The notes: generated from the letters alone by a model not told the origin. A stretch of 64,000 nucleotides of DNA from the human T2T-CHM13v2.0 reference genome, Homo sapiens (GCF_009914755.1 NC_060939.1); one strand, 5' to 3'. Counted from the stretch's first letter, positions 1-16,413 are shown. Program-made: numbers and translations.

Positions 1-59
1 GCTCCGACTTGAAGGAGATTGATTCTCAGGTTGGATCTGCCCCACTTTGCAGAGGTTAT

Positions 60-240
60 GATCGTGGTCCCTGCAGCTAGACTGCCTGTGTTTCACTGTT
101 CCTGGACCTGCCTTGTTTTTGTGACCTTGAGCAAGTGTCTCTTCTTTCTGTGCTCAGTTTCCTCATCTGTAAAAGAAGGGTGCTTATGGTACCTCCCTCG
201 TTGCCGATACAGGAGACATTTGCAGATTCTAGTGGTGATG
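60..240 (+). mobile_element. MIR SINE fragment
   Basis: MIR core GTGACCTTGAGCAAGT...CTCAGTTTCCTCATCTGTAAAA at 121-174. Confidence 0.7.
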
Positions 241-277
241 CTCACATAATTGATCAACTTTGAAAAAGAAGAAAAAT

Positions 278-1030
<753 letters not shown>

Positions 1031-1037
1031 TATATAA

Positions 1038-1392
<355 letters not shown>

Positions 1393-1433
1393 TCAACTTG
1401 AACTAAAATAGTAAATGAATAATATTATAGTTA

Positions 1434-1745
<312 letters not shown>

Positions 1746-1793
<48 letters not shown>
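1746..1793. repeat. (GATA)12 tetranucleotide STR
   Basis: 12 perfect GATA units counted directly. Confidence 0.97.
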
Positions 1794-1869
1794 TAATGCA
1801 AGTATTTATGAGTGAGTGAATATGTCTTCATGCATGAAGTGAAAGGAGCAGGAAACAATTGTTAGTTTA

Positions 1870-2040
1870 TAATATGCATGGAGCACTTATATTCTAGGAG
1901 TATGTTAGTTGCTCTCTTTTAATAATGTCAATAATCCAACTAAATAGGTACTATTGTTGTCTCTATTTTTGCCCTAAGGAAACAGTTTAGCTGGTAAGTG
2001 GCAGGCAGATCCATGCTGTCCAAAGTCAGGGTCCTCCCTC
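1870..2040 (-). mobile_element. MIR fragment
   Basis: AGGTACTATTGTTGTCTCTATTTTT...AGCTGGTAAGTGGCAG resembles antisense MIR. Confidence 0.5.
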
Positions 2041-2082
2041 ACTTTTCATCATCAAGGTACACTAACAGGTGAACTATAGAAT

Positions 2083-2157
2083 TATATATGTACACACACG
2101 TGCACACACACGCCCACACATATAAATGCACAAATATACATATATATGTGTGTGTGT
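2083..2157. repeat. Compound (TA)/(CA)/(TG) low-complexity microsatellite
   Basis: Read directly. Confidence 0.8.
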
Positions 2158-2164
2158 TCCTATT

Positions 2165-2712
2165 TGCCCACGTGGAATACATCTAAATATTCAAAAGTTA
2201 TAAACCAAGCTATCAGCTGCTGAATAGGACTATTGCAGGAGGTTTGAACCTCTTACCCTGACAAATAGACCTTCATCATGACCTGAAAGGCCAGGTTAGA
2301 AGCTACAACTTCCAGCCTCCTGAGGTTCTGCCCTGAACCCTGGCCACACAGAGAGAGGCGGGCCTGGGTCAAGAGCCATGATTCACACCTCCCTTCATTC
2401 CCCCTACTGAACTGCAGGCTCCATCCCACAATGGGAGAGGGTCTTAGGCACATGTGTGCAGACACCACAGTTCCATCCATGGCTCATCCCCTACAAATAG
2501 TCACTCCTTGGACACCCCTTGGGCCTAGGGCATGCACACTTGTGGTGGAGACCTGCGTGAACTGTCGGGGAGAAGTCCCCACAGATGCGGAGGAAGGGGA
2601 AGGGGAGCATAGGCTTAAAGTCCCACCGGGACTTCATACTCTAGGAAGGGGCACAGCCTGAGGACAGCGACAGTGAGATCCTACAAAGCATGGGCCCAGA
2701 GCAGGGGCCTAC
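2165..2712 (+). mobile_element. MER115 (hAT-Tip100 DNA transposon relic)
   Basis: TCTAAATATTCAAAAGTTATAAACCAAGCTA...TGACAAATAGACCTTCATCATGACCTGAAAGGCCAGGTT; 3' part AAGCATGGGCCCAGAGCAGGGGCC. Confidence 0.7.
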
Positions 2713-2934
2713 AAATGACTTTTAACTATTTGAGTTAGAAAATAACGTAAAATAACTATTGAGACAAGGACTATTATCTCCATCTTATGTATGAGAAAAA
2801 GATCACAGGCAAACCTATATACTGTTGGGCAGGATGATTGTAAAAAAAAAAAAAAATCCTTCCACCTGGAACATTTCTTTTTTTCCGTTTTCCTTTCTCC
2901 CTTCTGTTCCTTCCTCCCTTCCTTTTCTCCATTT

Positions 2935-3110
2935 CTTCCTTCTTTCCACAGATATTTACAGCATGAGCTATGTGCCAGGTACTGTGTGGGCACTGGAGTT
3001 CAGGGTAATTAAGACAGAAAAGCTCTCAGGGAGTTTAGAATCCAGTGAGGAGACTAGCATTGATCACACACAAATAAATGTATAATTACAAACCAGGGCC
3101 AATGTGCTGA
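2935..3110 (-). mobile_element. L2 3' end
   Basis: AGATATTTA...CTATGTGCCAGGTACTGTG antisense L2 terminus. Confidence 0.6.
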
Positions 3111-4152
3111 CAGATAATCATGTTTGATTTGTTGGTTGCCTTTGATTGAAGACTCCCTGCTGAGACAGGGAGGAATGTAAATCTGTTTTTCTCCTGAAGC
3201 CGGGAGCCTTGCATATTTTCACAAACCTCCAAAATGGTTGCATTTCATACAGCTAACTGGAATTGGGTATGCTTCCTACAAGCATAGAAGCTAATTTTAT
3301 TCAAACAACTCTACCACTTTATTGCTTCTGTAGAGCTTCCCTAGAAACTTCAGAGGCACGAATTCCTGCCGTGATACAAAGCCAATTGTCCAATTGTAGA
3401 AGCTGGGGGGTTTACCAGAAGACTCTGATGCCAAATGCTTATGGAAATGCAGGAGGTGGAGTGGGGGAGGATCTCCAAGCACTTACAGGAGACTCATTTT
3501 CCCCTCAGCATCCCTGCACCACAAAATAGAAGAGGCAGGGATATGATGAATGGCACTTGGTATTCCATTACTTTTCTTCCAGTTACCCTACACTAGAAGA
3601 TGTCTAGTAAAACAATGCTCAAGGTGTGGGGGATGGGCAGCAGTCACTTCAGAATGAGGGCAAAAACCCAGCCGGATACTTCGGTCAGCAAAAAGCAGTG
3701 GGTTGGCACCAGCTCCTTTCAGCTGTGGCCAGTTTAATGAAGTTTGTACGCAGCTATTAGTGCTCCCCACGTGGGTTTAGGCAGGGAAGACCTAGAGGCA
3801 TTTTATTTCAAAATAGGTTTGTATTGAGAATCCTAGAAGGAAAATTCACCTGTGCCCTTAACACTGGCAGTGTGCATTTTTGATTGCCTGTTGATCTTAC
3901 ATCTTTTCACTAATGCTTTTCCTTGTTTTCGGTAAGGAAGCAACTCCCACACAACTTTCCTTTGGAAAAGAACAATTCTACCTTTACCAGTTGGGCAAAC
4001 ATTCCCCAAGCGGCAAAAACAGCTACTTTCTCCCACCTCTTCTCCCCACTGCAGAGAATATCCAGCAGAGGAAACCCTTAATCGTTCATTTATATTTTAG
4101 CACACACACGTGCATGCGCACACACACGCTTTTCTGCACCTTCCCTGTTCAG

Positions 4153-4360
4153 GTTTGGCACAGGTGTCCCAGGCTGGAAGGCGCCCGTGGGACCTGGCAC
4201 GCCCTGAGCTGAGTTTCCAGCGCCTCATGAGAGTGTCCTCTGCTGCGGGACAGACGCCCGAGGCTGCCCTAGGGATCCTGGCCACTGTGAATGAGCTGCG
4301 CTTGCCCTCTGAGGGGTTGGTTGTATGGTTGTATCCCACTCCATCCCTGCACCCTGCCGG
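4153..4360 (+). other. Candidate spliced exon (208 bp), probably non-coding
   Basis: Acceptor TTTTCTGCACCTTCCCTGTTCAG| and donor CGG|GTAAGG around a GC-rich, CpG-containing unique segment; no transcript evidence. Confidence 0.3.
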
Positions 4361-4695
4361 GTAAGGAACCACCTGAATGCATTTCCTTTAAATAACCTAC
4401 AAACTGCACAGTGAGTAGAGGGATTTTCTTCTTTCTTTGCCGAGTTTGGGAAGACATCAAACACCAGAATCAGAGCCGAGAAAGGAGTGAGGAAGTGACT
4501 GAGGAAGATGCACTGTCTTGTCTCCAGAGCATCTTTTATCCAAACAGCCTACGCCTTTTTATAAACTTTTCAAGTGCTCCCAAGCAAGGAGTGAATACTA
4601 ATGCTATCTGCCTGCTTGGTCAAGGCTAAGGTAGAGTAGGATAGAAACCACGCTCCCTAGAGAAGCCTCTGATGCCTCCAGGACTAACCCCTAAC

Positions 4696-5294
4696 CCCAC
4701 TCCACCCTCTCCTCCCCCTCCTACCTCTTCTCCCATCCTCCCTCTTCTCCTCCTCCCCCTGCCTATTTTCATTCCTCCTCCTCCCTCTCCTCTCCCTTCT
4801 CCCCTTCCTCCTCCCCAACTCCTCCCTCCTCTTCTCCCCTCTTCTCGTTTCCTCCTCTTCCCTCTCCTCCCTCCTCTTCCCTCTCCTCCCTCCTCTTCCT
4901 TTCTCTACTCTCCCTTCCCCCTTCTCCTTCCTCTCCTCTCTCTTCCTCTCCCTCCTCATTCCTCCACCTCCCCCTCCTCATCCTCTCCCTCTTCCCCTTC
5001 TCCTTTCCCTCCTTGTCCCCCACTCCTCCTCCTACCTCCCTCCTTCTCCTCCTCCCCCTCCTCCCTCTTGTTTTCTCCCCCTTCCCCCTTCTCCTCCCCC
5101 TCCTTCTCCTCTCCCTTCTTCTCATCCTCCTCCCCCCTTGCCCCTCCTTCTTCTTCCCCTTCTCCTTCCACTCTTCCTCCTGCTGCTTCTTCCTCCTCCC
5201 CCTCCCCTCCTCTCCTTCTCCTTTTCCTCTCCTCCTCCCCACTCCTCTTCCTCTTCCTCTTCCCGTCTCCCTCCTCCTCCCCCTCCTTTTTCCT
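4696..5294. repeat. About 600-bp CT-rich polypyrimidine/polypurine low-complexity tract
   Basis: Almost only C and T, with degenerate (CCT)n/(CCTCT)n units. Confidence 0.95.
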
Positions 5295-5399
5295 ATTATT
5301 ACCATCATTTCACTATTATCATGAAGCACTTTCTAAGCTTGTGGGCTTTGTTACCACACTAGATGCATGTAACCTTCCATGGATGCCTCCATTTACCCT

Positions 5400-5520
5400 A
5401 AAATGAGGATGCTAATAGGGCTCACTTAAGAAAACTCCTGTTTCAATGAGTTGATTTATCTAAAGCGCCTCTCACAGTTCCTAGCATATAGAAAAACTCA
5501 ATAAATGACAGTTGTTATGA
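5400..5520 (+). mobile_element. MIR 3' part
   Basis: AAAATGAGGAT...TAAAGCGCCT...CAGTTCCTAGCATATAG...CTCAATAAATG. Confidence 0.6.
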
Positions 5521-5829
5521 TCTCAACTCCTATTTTGTTTTTTTACCATGTTTTCTCGACTCCATTGGAAAGCTCTTTATGATTTTCCTTTCAAAATTCT
5601 TATCATCCTGTTAGTCTCCACGCAAATGCCACCTCCCCAATAAAGCCTCCTACCCCAGAATCAAAAGTGGCCACACTCCTTTTCACTTCCCAGCCAAGAT
5701 CTTGGGTCTCTCTTGGCACCTCTTTCCTCCAACCTGATCCAATGTTCCTCGTGGATCTTCTTACCCCTCCTGCCAGGCTGCAAGTTTGTTTAGGAAATCT
5801 CTGCTACATATTTTTTCTATGTTACCTCA

Positions 5830-6010
5830 GAAACCACTTAACCTCTGTGTCACAGTTTTCTACTTTTGGAAAATGGGGGGCACATTAACTGCACCATGTT
5901 CAATAAAGTCAGCCTGAAAGCTAAAAATAAGATGCTGTGTGTACGCACATGACACAGTCCCTAGCAAAAAGGATGCAATCCCAAGTAGAAGATGCTCAGA
6001 AAATGCTTGT
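5830..6010 (+). mobile_element. MIR fragment
   Basis: CACTTAACCTCTGTGTCACAGTTTTC...AAAATGGGG. Confidence 0.55.
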
Positions 6011-6604
6011 GGGGTGACTGTAACAGCAAAATGACATTCTAGTACTTCGAAATTGACATTCTAACGCTGAGTTGCATGCACTGCGTCCGGGAGGTCTAGA
6101 ATTGGCCATGCACAGTGTTGCCCTGGTGAATGGGACCAGCAGATGCAAGGCCACAGATAGCCTCGACTGTTCCCACTCACAGTGGGCGAGTTTGCAGTCA
6201 CACAGATGCTACTGTCCACACAGCACTGTGAGCCAGAGGGGGCCCCTTCCAACTGCAGGCCCCACTGTTCCTGAGGGAGTTGCATCTGTGGCTGGAGTCG
6301 TGCCACCATATGTCCCTCTGTCCTAGCACGTGGCCAGGGGCTTCTCCAAGCACAGGCACCACTGTCCTTCCCGCGGCACATCTGCAAGGAAACCCAATTG
6401 CCTCTCAGAGAACTGGGCCAGCTGAACTGTAAACATATTCAAGACACATCAATAGGTAAAGAAAACCAGCCATTGCAAGTCAGCCTGAAAGAAACCTCAT
6501 GCCACTGTCAGACACTGACCGGCCCTGCCAGCTCTTGCTCACTGTATTTCAAAGAAACACTCTCATTACACCTTCCTCTCAGGGATGTTCATTTCTTCCA
6601 AGGT

Positions 6605-7275
<671 letters not shown>

Positions 7276-7715
7276 TCATCATTTCTTAAATTCTCTTCCA
7301 AATTAAAAAAAAATGACAATCTCAACTAAATGGAATAAAGTCATATTTATTTTAATATCCTCAGTTTTTGAAGTAAATGAAAACACACACATAACTGACA
7401 GTGCTATAAGCAGCCCACGTAGGTTTACCTTATATCTTTTTATGTCTTTATTGTCATTAAAAAAAAAATCACCTCAGAGCCCTGTGCGTATGTGTAGGCT
7501 GGTGTCACAGGTGTTTTAACCAGGGAACACCAGCAGGTAATTAATGCCCCCAGGGAATGATTTACCTGGAGTGAGGTCTGCCAAAGCCGGTAGCAGTGAT
7601 GTTATCCATTCTTTTGGCAATGGATAACTGCTAAATAATTATCCATCATTATCCACTGAGCATCTCCTGTAGGCTGGGCATTGAAGATACAAATTCGAAA
7701 AGACAGTCTCTCTCA

Positions 7716-8028
7716 GGCAGGGTGCGGTGGCTCACGCCTGTAATTCCAGCACTTTGGGAGGCCAAGGTGGATCATTTGAGGTCAAGAGTTCGAGACCAGC
7801 CTGGCCAACATGGTGAAACCCCACCTCTACTAAAAATACAAAAATTAGCTGGGTGTGGTGGTGGGCGCCTGTAGTCCCAGCTACTCGGGAGGCTGAGGCA
7901 GGAGAATCGTTTGAACCTGGGAGGTGGAGGTGCAGTGAGCAGAGATTGTGCCATTGCACTCCAGCCTGGGCAACAGAGCAACTCTGTCACAAAAAAAAAA
8001 AAAAAAAAAGAAAAGAAAAAAGAAAAAA
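7716..8028 (+). mobile_element. AluSx-like
   Basis: Full Alu with poly(A) tail. Confidence 0.92.
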
Positions 8029-8054
8029 CACTTTCTGATTGAAGTTTGCTCACA

Positions 8055-8250
8055 TGGCAGTTAAGAGCACAAACTCAGAAGCAAGATGAACCTGGATTGT
8101 ATCACACGTAAACCATCTACTTGTAGTGAGAGCTGGGCAGGCTACTATGTTTGAGCCTCAGTTTCTTCCACTGGGAAATGGGAGTCACAGTAAAAGGTAC
8201 CCTGTAGGATTGCTGCAGTGATCAAATGATGACATCTACCAAGTGCGTGT
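8055..8250 (+). mobile_element. MIR
   Basis: GTTAAGAGCAC...GAGCCTCAGTTTCTTCCACTGGGAAATGGG. Confidence 0.65.
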
Positions 8251-8259
8251 TGACTATAT

Positions 8260-8640
8260 GAATGGTGGGGAGACAGGCACAAAAGCACACCATCGTAATA
8301 CACTCAATGAGTTGCTATAATGACAGTCTAGAGTGCCTGGTCGAGGGATCCCAGGAGATAGATGGAGCCCCCGAGTCTTGCAAGTGGAGAGATGGTCTCA
8401 GAGGAGGCTTTTGAACTGAGATTTGAAAGGTGACTTATAAGCTTGCTGGCAGGAGTCTGGAAGCTGAAGGGAAGGAAGAGGAGGGAAGGGGAGGTATTTC
8501 ATATTCCATAGAGAGGAAACTGCATGTGCAAAGCATGGATGACTGAGAGACTACAAATTAGTTCATTGTGACTGGACTCAGAGCTAGAGGTACAGTTCAG
8601 TAAGAGATGAGGCTGGAAAAATACTATGGCCACGATGGCA
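8260..8640 (-). mobile_element. L2 fragment
   Basis: GAGGAGGCTTTTGAACTGAG...GAGAGGAAACTGCATGTGCAAAG...AGAGATGAGGCTGGA. Confidence 0.6.
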
Positions 8641-9209
8641 CAAGTGATTTCTAGGTAAAATGCCTGCGAACAATTGCACACTAATAGAATCAACCACAGC
8701 ATCTTTCAGTCATGCACTACCAGGCACCGTCTACCAGCTAAGGCAAAACCACAGCAAGCTAAGCTGCCGTGTGCAGGTCTGCTCATCCTCCCTTTTCATA
8801 GCTCAAAATAGCTATTTTTCACACACACACAAATTCTGATTGTCAAATTAGTAACGCTCATTATAGATTATTTTGAAAATATAAAACAAATCTCTCTTCC
8901 CCCTTTCAATTAAGAAACTCTCACTTAGTGATAGCTTTGTTATCTGGCATGTCAAGTTAATTAAAAGGCTGGTTAGCTGCATATTAAGTCATATAACTCC
9001 CTGCAGTCGACTTTCCCTCCTAGGACGTGAGGAGAAACCGCTGCCCTATTGTCCCAGCGCCGTTTCTCAGGGGTTGCTTATTTCATTTCCGGGGAGAGAG
9101 TCCCATCCTGGCATGCAACATTGCTGGTTTTTCTAAAGGCGGTCCATTTTAAAAGCAACAGATTTTGCTGAGTAAAAACCTGAGCTTTTAAATAAGGCTC
9201 ATTAGCCTT

Positions 9210-9372
9210 CGTGCTTAACCGGAAGCTTGAAGCGGAATCACCTGGAGAGCTTTTCCAGCTCACACAGGCAGGATCCCTTCCCCTCTCAGTAAGGCTGGTG
9301 GGTGGGGCTGGGCGTGTGTACTGGGCTACAGCTCCCCAGGTGATGCTGCTGCACACCGTGGTTAAGGACCTC
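9210..9372. mobile_element. MER5-family (hAT-Charlie) relic
   Basis: GAATCACCTGGAGAGCTT...GCTCCCCAGGTGATGCTG internal inverted motifs. Confidence 0.55.
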
Positions 9373-9524
9373 TCCATCGGGGTGTTTGTTTATTTGCTTC
9401 ACGCTCAGCCAAAAGGGGCCCAAGAAGAACTAGGATAGTCAAAGCCCCCAAGCTGGAGTCCGTCATTAGAGCGCCACTCACCCCATTGTTCTTTTAAATA
9501 GACCAGTCCCCCGGTGCTTTTAAA

Positions 9525-9604
9525 ATGGCACACGTATACATATGTAACTAACCTGCACGTTGTGCACATGTACCCTAAAACTTAAAGTATAATAAAAAAT
9601 AAAA
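9525..9604 (+). mobile_element. Extremely 5'-truncated L1PA (about PA3-PA5) 3' end
   Basis: ATGGCACACGTATACATATGTAACTAACCTGCACGTTGTGCACATGTACCCTAAAACTTAAAGTATAATAAAAA; TAAAAT on both sides. Confidence 0.92.
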
Positions 9605-10386
9605 TACAGTTTACTCTCAAAAAGTAAGTGCTCGCTCCTTGTCTTCCAGCAACAGATTTGCTAAGGTGGCTGAAGCACAGCTTTATAATCAGGCCGCAAC
9701 TCGGCTCTGTCAGCAATTAGTGAAAGCAGAACAAAGCAGAAATTTGATTCATCCAGCTTATTTGTCTTGTCAACTTTGCCTTTTTTAAAAAAAGCTTTTT
9801 TCTGATTTTTAAAATATTGCCTTATATAAATGCTGATTAACAGGTTGTGTTTCACTTTTCTAGAAGAGAGATTTTAACGGAAGCGTGTAGGTTCTCTCCA
9901 AGCACTGAAAATCGGGCTCCGTTTATAAACACTGGTTTGACGTGAAATTCTTTGAGAATGTAGCTTATGCATTGAGATAGCCGCAGCTGCTACAGATATG
10001 GCGTGGATGTCCAAAACTCTCCACATTGGTGCTAGCACAGTCCACCTCTTGGCAAAAGCGGTGTTGGGGTAGGGGGTACAGAGTAATGAGCATTTCCCTG
10101 CATATCTCTGCCCAGAGGGTCTCCGTCCCCATCAGAGCTGCAGGGATGCAGAGCTTCTTGCTCCAGACCTTGAACTCAGCCGCCTTGTCGTTCCACGTGC
10201 ACGCTTCCCTATCCCTTCTCTGGATGTTTGTGAAAAACTAAGATAAAAATCACAACAGTCTTGAGAAACACCTGACTCAATTCTTACATGTTAGAAGAAA
10301 AAACAGCATTTCCCCACCTTTATGTTTTTATTGTGTTTTGTTTTATTTGTGGTTTGTGGAACAGCAAACTGTTAAATCCAGCTGTA

Positions 10387-10391
10387 ACACA

Positions 10392-10422
<31 letters not shown>

Positions 10423-10427
10423 GCGCG
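10387..10427. repeat. (AC)11(GC)n alternating purine-pyrimidine tract containing (CG)10
   Basis: Read directly. Confidence 0.97.
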
Positions 10428-10879
10428 AAAACATGTTGGAGGGACCCAGGAGTCTCTACCAAGGGCAGGAAATACAGCTGAGCCTTGCAAGGCGCTGGAG
10501 CCACTGGCTGGAGGGAAGGAGTCATAGCTCTTGGTCTATCTGGGGCTGCCTGGTCTCTGGTGTTCTTTGCATTTCCGCTTTATTCTCTCACAGACCACCT
10601 TTCTCTGCTTATCTCCATGTAGATCCTCAGTCCAAGTGTCTGACAGAACTTGCAGTCTCTGAGTCACAATGTCTAAGTTGACTGTAGTGAACATCTGCTT
10701 TGGAGCCAAGGAGAGGGTAGGGTGGGTACCCCTGACCCACAGCTCGCTCAGTGTGGCTGCGTTGAGGGGGCAGGATTGGCTTCTCTAGCACAATTTTCCA
10801 CCGCACCATTTCATCGCTGTCTTTCATAAATATTTGTATGTTTCTGTTTCCTTTGTCCTCATAGTTCATGTGGTAAGCA

Positions 10880-11682
<803 letters not shown>

Positions 11683-11860
11683 CCTAAAGCAGCCATGGAA
11701 AGAAGTTGCCTACATTTTTCTTCATCAGTTTCAGCCTCATCAGCCAACATTCAAAGAAAGAAAGAGCTGGACCGGCCAGTAGCCCTCAAGGAGCCCAAGG
11801 CTTCCTGGTACAGAGGAGCTCCAAGCCTCAGAGGTGAAGAGATTTGCTTAAGGCAGCTCA

Positions 11861-12828
<968 letters not shown>

Positions 12829-13755
12829 GCTGAGGTTGTTAAAACAAACTAAACGTGGCCTGAGAAGGACTGAAGGACACAAGGACTGAAATACAGAAGT
12901 ACAGAGTCCTGGTTTCTACCCCACTATTGCTATTTTTGTTTGACTACAGTTTCCATATTCTACATTTATATAGAACATTTAGGATCTGGCTTACTGTTTG
13001 ATTATGCAGGGGGCTACTGGGTTGCCAGGAACTTATTCTGTCAGGGAAAGGTGTTTGCACAATACTTCTGATTGCATCTCTTATGACAAGGTGAGATTCT
13101 GTGGTCCCATTGGCTGAAGACATGTTTGTATTACAAATTCATTTTGATAGGAATGGTCCTGAATAGGCACAAGGTACACACCACACACTGTAAGACAGTC
13201 CTAAGGGCCAAGTCACTTGCAGAATTGCAACTCGATTTACTTCCTAATTTCTCAAAGCACTCTGAATGATGAATATGTAAACAAAAGTCTCTTTTATCGG
13301 CTCTGCTGGGAAAATATAGGCATCTGCAGCTATTTTCAAGATATTCATGCTTCAGGATTATTACAGATATATTACTGGGGGGAATAAGAGTTTACAATGA
13401 TGATAGACCTGTGGGATTCAACAAATAAAACTTGGAAGTTCATAAACCGTTTGGATGGTCTGAGTTGGAAGGTGTGACTTTTGTTTTTGCCATTGGGCAA
13501 ACACTCTTGAGTCTTATTAACGTAGAATGTTCTGGGCTGCAGTGGCCCTTGGAGATGGCCAAGTGCATCTTCCCTGTTACATCTATGGCAGGCCTGGGGC
13601 CAAGGTCATCCAGTCAGCTCCCTACAGATCAAGACCAGCAGGTCTCAGGATCTCAACTACCTAGCCCACACCAAACCTGCCTTCCTAAAAAAATTCCAAT
13701 GGACAGTGCTCAGAATGAGTAAATAAATAGGAAACTAGACAGCTGCTGTTTCTAA

Positions 13756-14133
<378 letters not shown>

Positions 14134-14338
14134 TAATGTCCTGTTTAACACGGTAAGTTGAAAAGGACCGCATTAGCACCAAAGATAAACTACACAGAAA
14201 TGCCTCTAAGGAAATAAGCACCAGCCCCTTTTCTACAGGGTTTGAGAGTACTGGGCAGCATTCTTACCCTGGAATAGCCTCTCAGAGTCAGGGCAGGCTT
14301 AAACCACTTCCAGCGTTTGAGGATTCTAATATAGTTAC

Positions 14339-14633
<295 letters not shown>

Positions 14634-15216
14634 TTAGTATAGTTTTTGATACAAGGAAGAAATGCCAACCCAGAATTATAAAAACTATCATATCCAGGAT
14701 ATTAAATATTTACTTCAACCAACTATAATGCAACATATTTTTTTGGTTCCCAGATAAGCGTATGATTTATTTTTAAAATATTCAGACTGCATCAGAGTCA
14801 ATACAGCTCAGTCATAACACACAAGTGTAAAAGTCCTGGTTAATTTTTTTTTTTTTCGATCTTACGGGTGGCTCTCTGTGACAGTATTCATAATCTCATT
14901 TGGAGATAACTCCAAGCCTAAACTTGAGGCTGTTTCTGAATGGCAGGTCAATTCACACAGCCCTCTATCCCCACCCCGGGCTTTTGCCCCAGTCCTAGAC
15001 TCATACTGATCCCAGATCCCAGATTTGGGGTGGGTGATCTGAACTCTGACCTGTGGTATTAGCTTCTGGAGACCAACATGGTCCCTCCAGACCAGGGCTG
15101 CTGTTCTGCCAGTGGGTTTTCAGCACGTCTGTCTACAGGTACCCAGAAGTCTACTTAAAGAAAATCTTTTCTGCCCCACCATACAGAATTCAGAAACAGC
15201 CCTGGTCATTTATTAA

Positions 15217-15555
<339 letters not shown>

Positions 15556-15611
15556 ACTCTTTTTACTCTTTTACCAAATCCATGCACCACACTCTTTCCT
15601 TCCAACCACAG

Positions 15612-15755
15612 TTCTTTCCTAAGCTGCTACAGAGTTGCAAGCACTTGCTAAGTAATGGAGCTAGAATCCCACCAAAAGCAGTTGGGTTCTGCAGCAGCTC
15701 TCCGCCCATGGAAGGAGACAATGTGTTTGTAAAGAGATCATGGCCATGCAGTTAG
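15612..15755 (+). other. Candidate spliced exon (144 bp)
   Basis: Acceptor CTCTTTCCTTCCAACCACAG| and consensus donor TAG|GTAAGT, followed by (TG)16. Confidence 0.25.
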
Positions 15756-15766
15756 GTAAGTATGGA

Positions 15767-15770
<4 letters not shown>

Positions 15771-15802
<32 letters not shown>
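15771..15802. repeat. (TG)16 microsatellite
   Basis: Read directly. Confidence 0.97.
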
Positions 15803-15808
<6 letters not shown>

Positions 15809-15824
15809 TAACTTTACTCTTTAT

Positions 15825-15942
15825 CTTCCCATTAGACTCGAAGCTCCATGAGGATAAATGGCAGCTGTTTTGTTCTCTTCTGTCTCCCCACGACCTGGCT
15901 GGCCCTTAGTAGGTGCTCAGTAAATATTTATTTGTTGAATAG
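15825..15942 (+). mobile_element. L2 3' terminus
   Basis: ATTAGACT..AAGCTCCATGAGG...TAGTAGGTGCTCAGTAAATATTTATTTGTTGAAT. Confidence 0.75.
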
Positions 15943-15999
15943 ACCAATACTTCACAGACTTTTATATTCTGCTATTTCATTTGACATTCTAGGAACTCA

Positions 16000-16368
<369 letters not shown>

Positions 16369-16413
16369 TTAGCTTTAATGACCTCATGATGGCATTTCAT
16401 TATATTTCCTCTA

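Noticed and set aside
4684-4698. CTAACCCCTAACCCC telomere-like motif
   Set aside because: Two imperfect units; expected by chance at the edge of a C-rich tract
4672-5406. 244-aa Pro/Ser/Leu ORF and overlapping Glu/Gly/Arg ORFs
   Set aside because: Translation of the CT low-complexity tract, which lacks stop codons by composition
9628-9636. GTGCTCGCT resembling the U6 snRNA 5' end near an L1 stub
   Set aside because: Only 9 nt match, and it lies 3' of the L1, the wrong order for a U6-L1 chimera
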